This document shows, piece by piece, positions 39,407-47,095 of a stretch of 64,000 bases of DNA; positions within the stretch are counted from its first letter, which is position 1; each line of letters starts with the position of its first letter. Both the position numbers and the translations under genes were made by a program. This stretch comes from Candidatus Metalachnospira gallinarum (lineage in GTDB: Bacteria; Bacillota; Clostridia; Lachnospirales; Anaerotignaceae). The DNA lies in the NCBI GenBank assembly GCA_904387325.1, contig CAJFLG010000007.1, positions 4,069 through 68,068 on the forward strand. The letters are read 5' to 3'. The notes below the pieces were generated by a model, which saw only the letters and a program-made list of their open reading frames with translations, was not told the DNA's origin and did no database searches.

Positions 39407-41284
39407 TTATGATTTTAATATAAGGCGATCTATCCAATAAATGTATTCTTTGCATCCATAAACCTCGTTATCAGTACCCGGGTCTATGGTATAATCAGTT
39501 TTGACAACAAGGCTATATCTTCCGTTGACTACTTCCTTCGAGATCTCCTGTTCCGTTATCTCATAACCGGCAAGGATTTCATCCGCAGCCTCTTCCTTAG
39601 CCTTTTCAATATCCTCATCCGAAACTGGTACTGTATATTTTTCTAAATATCCGAAATCATTGTCGGTATTTTCATTTTCGCTGAAATAAATAACTTCTCC
39701 GTCTCTTACTATAGCGTAAAATCCTTCCCTCGCGTCAAATCCGTTTACATATCTTTCATAGTAAACCTGAAGTATGTCATTGTCTCTTTCTTTGGTGACT
39801 ATTTCATAATCATCTAAATCAACGGCGTAGTTTTCAACTATATACTTGTTTATCTGTGATAAATCATTCTTCGACGCCCTTATGCCTGTGTAGTTTTCGC
39901 TCACCGCTTCCGCGTCTATGTTAACGGGCATTGCCGCGCTCCTTGATATGGGAGTTCCGTTTCCCGGCCATATAATGCAGTCCTCATTGCCGTAAATTTC
40001 CCAGTTTGTAACCTCATTACCCGGATATTTTTTATCGGCGTAAAGAGCTGACTCATATACGGTATATCCGTCTAATAAACGCTCAAAAAAATCCTCATTC
40101 CATCCTGTAAGAGCTCCGGTTTCCACGTCTTCGACCCAGCCGATCGCGCACTCTGCTCCATTGTCCGCTGCGTATTCAGGAAGATTTTTCTTGGATGAGC
40201 TCTCCGGTTCATCCGCAGTTGCGCAAGCCGCAAAAACCATAAGTCTGCTTTCTATTTCCTTTCTGCTAAGTCTGACAAACTCAAATTCTTCCGAATCATG
40301 TTCTACATTCCTTACATTAGTGCTCACGCCGCATACTATCGGTTCGTCATCGTTATTATTAAAGTAAAATTTTATGTGAGTTGGCGCTCCGTGTCCGTCC
40401 AAAAAAACTACTGAGCTTCCAAGCCTGTCCGTGCCGTCATCATTGGTGTCATCCAACTCATCATAAGTTGGCTCATCAATATATGCGGCATTATAATAAT
40501 CCGTATCTCTAAGCAAATTCCTGATATGTCTTGCCGCTCCGGTTGTATCAATGTCGTCATTGTCCGGATATTTATTTGAATTTCCGGGATCATAACTTCT
40601 AAAATCGGCTCCGACCGAAAGAGCATATTCTTCCTCATTATAAAATCTTACTTTGATTTTATATTCTTCCGTATCGTCATAGTCGGAACTTCCCGCGCCT
40701 TCAACTCTGATATAATAATACTCATCCGGATTTACAAAAGCGTATATCCTTTCAGTTTCGCCATCCGAGCCGTCCGTACTTTCATCTATCACCGTTTTTG
40801 ACGGGCTGATCAGATAAAAATCATAGTCCTCGGTATCGGGAACTAACAATCTAAAATATGCCTGTCCCATCTCAGAAAACTTGATTTTATAGTAATCCAC
40901 ATCGTCTCTGTCTTCTATGGTTCCATACACATATTCGTCTAAATAGAGTTTGTCCGCGTTTTTTATTGTATCATTTGGTTCATACTCGTCATAAATAACC
41001 TGAGTTTCTATTTCATTTTCCTCATCCTCAAGCACCGACTTGGGCACGCTAAGTTTGGGCTTTACATATCCGGCTTCTTTATTTTTCTTCGACTCTTTGA
41101 TATACTCGTCGATTTTTGATTCCAGCTCATAAACTTCATCATCTGTTAGTCCGCTGTCATCAATTTTTTCAACCTCAGCTATCTCATCCAGATTATCTTC
41201 ATTGTTTGCTTGCGCAAATGCTGTCATTGGCAGCATTGACACAATACATAAAGTAGCTATACCAGCTTTTAATAATTTTTTCAT
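39407..41284 (-). CDS. Secreted protein: PPC (pre-peptidase C-terminal)-like domain plus a putative clan-CD cysteine peptidase-like module
   Basis: Signal peptide MKKLLKAGIATLCIVSMLPMTAFA. YEPNDT...GTIEDRDDVDYYKIKF is the PPC-type pattern. SSVVFLDGHG and RLMVFAACAT are strand-His-Gly and strand-Ala-Cys motifs 56 residues apart. GGAGGA lies before the ATG at 41282-41284. Confidence 0.6.
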   Translation of the reverse strand: MKKLLKAGIATLCIVSMLPMTAFAQANNEDNLDEIAEVEKIDDSGLTDDEVYELESKIDEYIKESKKNKEAGYVKPKLSVPKSVLEDEENEIETQVIYDEYEPNDTIKNADKLYLDEYVYGTIEDRDDVDYYKIKFSEMGQAYFRLLVPDTEDYDFYLISPSKTVIDESTDGSDGETERIYAFVNPDEYYYIRVEGAGSSDYDDTEEYKIKVRFYNEEEYALSVGADFRSYDPGNSNKYPDNDDIDTTGAARHIRNLLRDTDYYNAAYIDEPTYDELDDTNDDGTDRLGSSVVFLDGHGAPTHIKFYFNNNDDEPIVCGVSTNVRNVEHDSEEFEFVRLSRKEIESRLMVFAACATADEPESSSKKNLPEYAADNGAECAIGWVEDVETGALTGWNEDFFERLLDGYTVYESALYADKKYPGNEVTNWEIYGNEDCIIWPGNGTPISRSAAMPVNIDAEAVSENYTGIRASKNDLSQINKYIVENYAVDLDDYEIVTKERDNDILQVYYERYVNGFDAREGFYAIVRDGEVIYFSENENTDNDFGYLEKYTVPVSDEDIEKAKEEAADEILAGYEITEQEISKEVVNGRYSLVVKTDYTIDPGTDNEVYGCKEYIYWIDRLILKS

Positions 41285-41382
41285 AAGTTCCTCCAAATAA
41301 ATTCATTATATTGATTGCGTTAATCCGATATATCTGTAGCATTTTTAGGTTAAATTTTTTGAGTCGACTGCCATAAAAATAG

Positions 41383-41435
41383 TACATATATACTCGGTAC
41401 ATATGTATTATACACTGTTTTTATCTATTTGTCAA
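41383..41435 (-). promoter_or_regulatory. Consensus sigma-A promoter plus BlaI-type operator in front of the secreted-protein operon
   Basis: Minus strand: TTGACA (41430-41435), 17 nt, TATAAT (41407-41412). This is followed immediately by TACATATGTA (41398-41407) and the TACTCGGTACA core (41391-41401). Confidence 0.55.
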
Positions 41436-41448
41436 TATGATCTAAATA

Positions 41449-42723
41449 TCAATGAGGACATTTTTCAAAGCTTTCTCTTTTATAAACATCACCTGTCTCT
41501 GTTCTTCCGCATTCCTCGCAAAGTTTAACATGATAATATGTTGTCATACATGAACCATCGCTATATTTTTTATGCTTTTTTTTGAGTGTATTTACCCATT
41601 TATGTATATGCTTTTGCTCTATACTGTCCTGTGTCTCCTCTGATACATTGTTATCAGCTTCAATCAAGTTTTCAGCTTCATCAACTGTAAGAACATCAAA
41701 TTCTCCTTCTCTTACAATATTCTTATCACTCCCAAACACCCCATAAACGGCATAATCAGCCTCTTTAGCCGCGTACCCTGCTCCGCAGAATACGCAAAGC
41801 GCCATAAAAGACATTGCCACCGTCGCCATCTTTGTTCCTTTTTTCTTGTTTTTCATAATCAATTCCTCCCTTCTTCTCATACTGTTCTTTCGCCTTAAGG
41901 CCAAAAAGGACGCCAAAACATTCTTGTATTTGATATTTATTTCGGCCACCTTTATAAGCAGGTTCGCGTAGAGCCTTCTTGTTTCCTCGTCAAAGTCCTG
42001 GTTGAGCGTTTCGTCGCAGTCGGCCTCTGTCCAGAAACAATAGCCCTTTTTGATTTTATAAAAAAATGGATTGAACCAGTTTATACCGTTCAATATTTCA
42101 ATGAAGATTTTTAAAAAAGCGTCGTTTTTTTCTATATGCGTCAGCTCGTGCATCAGGATAAGCCTTATCTCTTTATCGCTTAGAATATTCTCGAGTATAA
42201 CCGGAAATACTATGTATTTTCTTCTTACCCCTATGGTATATGGCTGTGCAGCGCTCTTGCTCATCAAAAGTATGACTCTTTCGCTCTTTTCCATAGACTC
42301 AAATATTTCCGCTGTTTTACCTACAGTCTGAGCGGAATATTTTTTTATATCGTGCAAAGTTTTTTCATAAATAATAAGTGTTTTAGCCACATATAATATA
42401 ATTCCTATAGTCCATATCATTGACACTATTCTTCCTGCTTCTACTCTATCAATAAATGTGTAGAATTTCATCGCCGCTTCACTGTCAACAATTATGTCTG
42501 GCGCATATTCACTGCAAATAATGCTGCTGTCTATTCCTTCTATAAGGAAATAAATCATATATGAAGGAACGACAAAAGACGCAAGTCCAAATCCAATAAG
42601 CATTTTTACGAAAGCCGCTGAAGTATACTTATATACTATTTTTTTGATCAACAGTATGATCGCGCAGGTAATGCTTCCGGTAATGACCGAATATGCCGCG
42701 AAGATGAAAATATTTTCCGTCAT
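41449..42723 (-). CDS. BlaR1/MecR1-family M56 peptidase signal transducer with a short Cys/His-rich extracytoplasmic tail
   Basis: 424 aa. TM segments, the HELTHIEKND zinc-protease motif, and a final TM followed by a 105-aa tail carrying HIH, C, CEEC and CPH. ATGA overlap with the repressor gene. Confidence 0.85.
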   Translation of the reverse strand: MTENIFIFAAYSVITGSITCAIILLIKKIVYKYTSAAFVKMLIGFGLASFVVPSYMIYFLIEGIDSSIICSEYAPDIIVDSEAAMKFYTFIDRVEAGRIVSMIWTIGIILYVAKTLIIYEKTLHDIKKYSAQTVGKTAEIFESMEKSERVILLMSKSAAQPYTIGVRRKYIVFPVILENILSDKEIRLILMHELTHIEKNDAFLKIFIEILNGINWFNPFFYKIKKGYCFWTEADCDETLNQDFDEETRRLYANLLIKVAEINIKYKNVLASFLALRRKNSMRRREELIMKNKKKGTKMATVAMSFMALCVFCGAGYAAKEADYAVYGVFGSDKNIVREGEFDVLTVDEAENLIEADNNVSEETQDSIEQKHIHKWVNTLKKKHKKYSDGSCMTTYYHVKLCEECGRTETGDVYKRESFEKCPH

Positions 42724-43109
42724 TTGTTTTTATTCACCCATTCTTTTAATTCCTCAAGGTCTTTTTCGCTTAATTCTTCATCCTTGGCAAAGGCTGAAAC
42801 AAAGTTTTTGATGGAACTGCCAAAGAATGTTTCAAGAAATCTTTTTCCCTCCTCTACTCCGTATTTTTCCCTGTCAACGGTAGGGTAATAGTAATTTGTT
42901 ATCCCCTTTTTCTCGTGGGTCGCAAAGCCCTTTTCCTCAAGTCTGTCCAAAAATGTGGAAACTGTCCTTGTCGCCCACTTGGTTCCCTTCGCCTCAAGGA
43001 TGGAACAGGCTTCTCTGACGGTAAGGCCTTCGTCGCCCTTATCAAGTAAGATGCCTAATACTTTCTCCTCTGATTTTGACGCTGTTTTAACTTCGCTTTT
43101 TTTTCTCAT
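42720..43109 (-). CDS. BlaI/MecI/CopY-family winged-helix transcriptional repressor
   Basis: 129 aa. The SEEKVLGILLDKGDEGLTVREA...WATRTVSTFLDRLEEKG pattern is typical of the Penicillinase_R family. Confidence 0.9.
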   Translation of the reverse strand: MRKKSEVKTASKSEEKVLGILLDKGDEGLTVREACSILEAKGTKWATRTVSTFLDRLEEKGFATHEKKGITNYYYPTVDREKYGVEEGKRFLETFFGSSIKNFVSAFAKDEELSEKDLEELKEWVNKNK

Positions 43110-43151
43110 AATTCATTCTCCATTCTTTTATAATTAATTTTTTAGTCATTT

Positions 43152-43199
43152 TTGTACTCGGTACAATTATAGTTTATATCTTTTCGGTACATTTGTCAA
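43152..43199 (-). promoter_or_regulatory. Candidate autoregulated blaI promoter with a palindromic operator
   Basis: Minus strand: TTGACA (43194-43199), 17 nt, TAAACT (43171-43176). The perfect palindrome TTGTAC-TCG-GTACAA lies at 43152-43166. A half-site TCGGTACA lies in the spacer at 43184-43191. Confidence 0.5.
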
Positions 43200-43220
43200 T
43201 GAATTTATTAAAAATCCTAC

Positions 43221-43258
43221 AAAAATACCGGCCCCGTCAAATCTGACCGAGGGGCCGG
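43221..43258 (-). terminator. Rho-independent terminator after the enoate reductase gene
   Basis: Minus strand: CCGGCCCC ... GGGGCCGG followed by TATTTTT. Confidence 0.65.
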
Positions 43259-43284
43259 CATACCGTAAATTATTATTGATTATA

Positions 43285-45207
43285 TTAGAAAGCGTTTGCC
43301 TTTGTGAAAGCGTCCTTTGTGGCGTTGTGTATTCTTCCGCCCTTATTGGCGTCGCCAATTACAATGACTCTGTCAAACTCTTTTTCATAGCTTTCAACAA
43401 GACCCTTCTCAGGCGCTACGCCGAGGGAAAGAACAACATTGTCGCACTTGATCTCACTGATCTCTTTCGTGGCAATATCCTCGACCTTTATAAAGCCGTC
43501 GCCAACCTCAAGGAGTTTCGTAGATGTGTGTACCTCTGGCTGGTGAGACATAATGTCGTTGACGATATATTTTCTGATGGGAGGGAATACTCCGGGGCCA
43601 ACGTCACCAAGCATCTCCACCAGAACCATCTGACAGCCCTCGTCTCCAAGCTTTTCGGCTACCTCAAGGCCTGTAAGACCTGTTCCGACTATGGCGGTCT
43701 TTCCGGTGAGTTTTACCTTGCCGAGTATTACATCTTCGGGAATATATGCTTTCTCCACGCCTGGTATGGGAGGATTTACGGGTTTTGCTCCCGTGGCGAT
43801 GAATACTCCGACAGGGTTATAGCTCTTTACCTTTTCAGGCGTAGCCTCAGTATTGAGCGCGACATTAACGCCCGCCCTTTCTACCAGCTTTTTCATTGTC
43901 TTAACGTATTCCGTTATGACATATTTGCCTTTAGCCTTGTCAGCGACATTAAGCGTTCCGCCGAGTTCTCCGCTCTTTTCCATAAGTGTAACATTGAAGC
44001 CTCTCTTCGCTAAAACGATGGCGGCCTCCATTCCTCCGGGGCCTCCGCCGACAACAACGACGGATTTGCCGTCTCCGTCCTCAACGGGCTCCTTATAGAG
44101 GAATTCATATCCAAGACGGGGATTTATGGAACACTCGATAGGCATATCGGCCATAAGTCTCTCACGGCAGTACATGCATCCGATGCATTTAACAATCTCG
44201 TCCGCTCTGCCTTCCTTAGCCTTTTTAACAAACTCAGGGTCAGCGAACTGTGAACGTCCAAGGCCAACGAAATCGCTGATACCTTCCTCAAGAAGCTCCT
44301 CCGCCCAATCAGGATTTTTGATTGTGTTTGTAGCGATAACGGGAATTGAAAGAGCGTCCTTGAAAGCCTTTGCCACATGCTTTTTCCATCCGGGCTGGAA
44401 TGAATAGGGATCGCAGTTAGCGTCTCCGTTCTGGGCGCAGCCGTTGGAAATATTGATATAGTCAAGACGGTTCTCAAGGAACTTAGCTATTTCAAGTCCG
44501 TCATCAAGTGTCATCTGTCCGGGAACCATCTCGTCCCCGCTTATTCTTATTCCCACAACAAAATCAGGTCTTACTGCCTTTCTGATCTCGTCGATGATCT
44601 CCGTGACAAATCTTGTTCTGCCCTCAACGTCTCCGCCGTACTCATCCGTACGTTTGTTGTAATATTTACTGAAGAACTGGGCAATAAGATATGAATGGGC
44701 TCCGTGGAGCTCAACTCCGTCATATCCGGCTTTCTGACATCTTACTGCCGCGTCGACAAATTTTTTCTGTACTGCCTTGATCTCGTCTACCGTCATTTCT
44801 CTGGGAACGGGAGCTCCGGGAGCCGCCGGAACACCGCTGGGAGAAAGGGACTGCCTTCCCGTAAGGGCGGGCTTAGACGTCATTCCGCCATGATGGATCT
44901 GAGCGAATATTTTGCAGTCATATTTATGTACCGCGTTTGTAAGCAGCTCAAGGGAACTTAAATTATAGTCGCTTGCAGCTCTCAGGTTTCCGACCGTAGG
45001 TATGCTGTCGATCTCATCAACGCCGGTATACTCATTGATAATAAGTCCAATTCCGCCCTTTGCTCTTTCAGCGTAATAATCGATCAGTCTTTCTGTGGCG
45101 TTTCCGTGTCTGTCAGCATAGACTGTGCCCATCGGCATCATAACGCATCTGTTTTTAATAGTCAGTCTGCCGATTTTACCCTTTTCAAAAAGTTTTTCGT
45201 AAGCCAT
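43285..45207 (-). CDS. 2-enoate reductase / 2,4-dienoyl-CoA reductase-like flavoprotein (OYE domain, 4Fe-4S, FAD/NAD domain)
   Basis: OYE-like N-terminus (RCVMMPMG...HGAHSYL), a Cys cluster CIGCMYC...C, and C-terminal GGGPGG and GTG Rossmann motifs. AAGGAGG lies before the ATG at 45205-45207. Confidence 0.85.
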   Translation of the reverse strand: MAYEKLFEKGKIGRLTIKNRCVMMPMGTVYADRHGNATERLIDYYAERAKGGIGLIINEYTGVDEIDSIPTVGNLRAASDYNLSSLELLTNAVHKYDCKIFAQIHHGGMTSKPALTGRQSLSPSGVPAAPGAPVPREMTVDEIKAVQKKFVDAAVRCQKAGYDGVELHGAHSYLIAQFFSKYYNKRTDEYGGDVEGRTRFVTEIIDEIRKAVRPDFVVGIRISGDEMVPGQMTLDDGLEIAKFLENRLDYINISNGCAQNGDANCDPYSFQPGWKKHVAKAFKDALSIPVIATNTIKNPDWAEELLEEGISDFVGLGRSQFADPEFVKKAKEGRADEIVKCIGCMYCRERLMADMPIECSINPRLGYEFLYKEPVEDGDGKSVVVVGGGPGGMEAAIVLAKRGFNVTLMEKSGELGGTLNVADKAKGKYVITEYVKTMKKLVERAGVNVALNTEATPEKVKSYNPVGVFIATGAKPVNPPIPGVEKAYIPEDVILGKVKLTGKTAIVGTGLTGLEVAEKLGDEGCQMVLVEMLGDVGPGVFPPIRKYIVNDIMSHQPEVHTSTKLLEVGDGFIKVEDIATKEISEIKCDNVVLSLGVAPEKGLVESYEKEFDRVIVIGDANKGGRIHNATKDAFTKANAF

Positions 45208-45238
45208 TTTTCTTTCCTCCTTAAAATTTATCAGCATA

Positions 45239-45261
45239 AATTGTTATCAATATCAACAATT
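45239..45261. promoter_or_regulatory. Inverted repeat, candidate HxlR operator
   Basis: AATTGTT-N9-AACAATT lies just downstream of a candidate minus-strand promoter (TTGCTT, 18 nt, TAAAAT). It sits between hxlR and the reductase gene. Confidence 0.3.
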
Positions 45262-45333
45262 ACATTTTACAGCATACCCTATATTTTAAGCAAGAACGCA
45301 CTTTTTATATATATAATATACTTTTTGATAGCA

Positions 45334-45684
45334 TCAATTACACGGATTTTCCACACCGGCTTTTTCAAAATACATGATCCCCCACTCCCTTAAGGAAGTA
45401 ATTATCGGGGTAAGGGTCTTTCCCAACTCTGAAAGGGAATATTCTGTTTTCGGCGGAACAACGGGATAAAGGACCTTATTTATAATTCCGTTGGCTTCCA
45501 GTTCCTTGAGCTGACTGCTGAGCATTTTAGGCGTTGCCTGCGGTATAAGCCTTTGTATCTCGCTGAATCTAAGCGTTCCGTTTTTTATTAAATGCCAAAG
45601 TATTATTACTTTATATTTTCCGCCGATTATATCCATTGTGGCCTCAACAGTACAGTTATATTTTCCAAGATCAATCTTTTCCAT
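45334..45684 (-). CDS. HxlR-family transcriptional regulator
   Basis: CTVEATMDIIGGKYKVIILWHL...LRFSEIQRLIP.ATPKMLSSQLKELE is the HxlR signature. The start at 45684 is preferred (GGTGA upstream). The track ORF starts at 45702. Confidence 0.85.
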   Translation of the reverse strand: MEKIDLGKYNCTVEATMDIIGGKYKVIILWHLIKNGTLRFSEIQRLIPQATPKMLSSQLKELEANGIINKVLYPVVPPKTEYSLSELGKTLTPIITSLREWGIMYFEKAGVENPCN

Positions 45685-45825
45685 ATTTTTCACCCGCTTC
45701 ATATAAAATAGGCAATATACAGCCTTTTTATAATATTAACACAAGGCGATTGTTTGGGCAAATGGTAAAAATAAAAATGAGTTTCTACCTTTATATATGT
45801 ATTGAAATATCTGCCTTAAATATAT

Positions 45826-45861
45826 AAAAAAGAAGACAGATAACCTTATAGCTATCTGTCT
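45826..45861 (-). terminator. Rho-independent terminator after the Fe-ADH gene
   Basis: Minus strand: AGACAGATA ... TATCTGTCT followed by TCTTTTTT. Confidence 0.55.
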
Positions 45862-45904
45862 CCCTTTTATATGGCATTATGTGAGTTAATATAACGAAAA
45901 AGGC

Positions 45905-46999
45905 TTATTTGAATTTTTTGCCTCTTTCATCACATTCTTTAATAGCTGCGATGAATTTCTCCTTTGTTACCTCATAGGGTACGCAGGTCCATTCTTTTGT
46001 AACCGAAGATCTTTCAGCGACAGCGGGAAGATCCTCCTCAGTAAGTCCGATGTCAGCCATTGTTAAGGGCAGTCCCATTTCTTTGTGGAACGCCATTATT
46101 CTGTCACATTCGTCATAGTTTTTATCATATGTCAGCAATACAAGGCTTCCGAAGGAAACGATTTCTCCGTGAAGGTGGTGCTGGATGCAGTTGGGAATAA
46201 CCGAAGTTCCGTTATAGAATCCATGCGCAAGCGAGCTGTTGTAATAATAATCGTTTTCGGTTGTCATAAAGTTTGAAACAAGTCCTGTTGTAACGATGAT
46301 GTCAAGAACGACCTGTTCAAGCTCAAATGAATCCACATTGTTTTTGCAGTCCTCGTATGCCTTTTTGCCGTACTCGATAAGAGGATCGATACAAATAAGG
46401 CTGAGCTGATTTCCCATAAGGGGTGTATGCGAAACCTTATGTCCTCTTATTGATAACTGAGCCTCAAGCTCCTTGGAGATGGCATCGCCTATGCCTGCCC
46501 AGAAGAGGTTTTCGGGTGACTCAGCGATTATTTTTGTATTGATGAATATATGCTCCGCGGGTGTCTTTGAGTAAAAATAGTTGTTTACTCTTCCGTCAGG
46601 ATGATAAATAACAGCTATTGATGTTGTAGCCGCGCAGTTTGAGCCGATCGTAGGGAATGTGAACATGGGTTTATCAAGTTTTTCCTTAACGACCTTGCAT
46701 GTGTCCATTACTCTTCCGCCGCCTACGGCAAAGATCATATCCGCGTCTTTAACCGCGTCCATTTTCATAAGTTCCTCAGCATTCTCATAGGAAGCCTCTC
46801 CGCCGTACCATACAAAATCAGTTATCTCAACGTCTGAACCATCTATACCATCCAATAGTGCATCTTTAGCCTTTGACATAGCAGTCTTTCCACCGATTAC
46901 GACAGCTTTTTTGCCGTATTTTCTCGTTACCCAGGGTATTTCTTTATAACAGTCTGTTCCTATAGTGTAGTTGGGAATATAAATGTGGTATCCTTTCAT
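45905..46999 (-). CDS. Iron-containing alcohol dehydrogenase family (glycerol dehydrogenase-like)
   Basis: 364 aa. The GGK...AVGGGRVMDTCK NAD-binding pattern and His-rich metal ligands (HGF...HGE). Confidence 0.8.
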   Translation of the reverse strand: MKGYHIYIPNYTIGTDCYKEIPWVTRKYGKKAVVIGGKTAMSKAKDALLDGIDGSDVEITDFVWYGGEASYENAEELMKMDAVKDADMIFAVGGGRVMDTCKVVKEKLDKPMFTFPTIGSNCAATTSIAVIYHPDGRVNNYFYSKTPAEHIFINTKIIAESPENLFWAGIGDAISKELEAQLSIRGHKVSHTPLMGNQLSLICIDPLIEYGKKAYEDCKNNVDSFELEQVVLDIIVTTGLVSNFMTTENDYYYNSSLAHGFYNGTSVIPNCIQHHLHGEIVSFGSLVLLTYDKNYDECDRIMAFHKEMGLPLTMADIGLTEEDLPAVAERSSVTKEWTCVPYEVTKEKFIAAIKECDERGKKFK

Positions 47000-47095
47000 A
47001 TTGATGCACTCTCCTTTTGATAAATTGTTGGTATAGTTGGTATAGTTTTATGGTTTTTTATTTTTGATTGCCTTTAAAAAGTTTTTAAAAAGCAA

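Noticed and set aside
47029-47046. Direct repeat TTGGTATAG TTGGTATAG between ilvE and the ADH gene.
   Set aside because: This is a single 9-bp tandem duplication in an AT-rich spacer. It is too short to interpret, with no associated structure or partner site.
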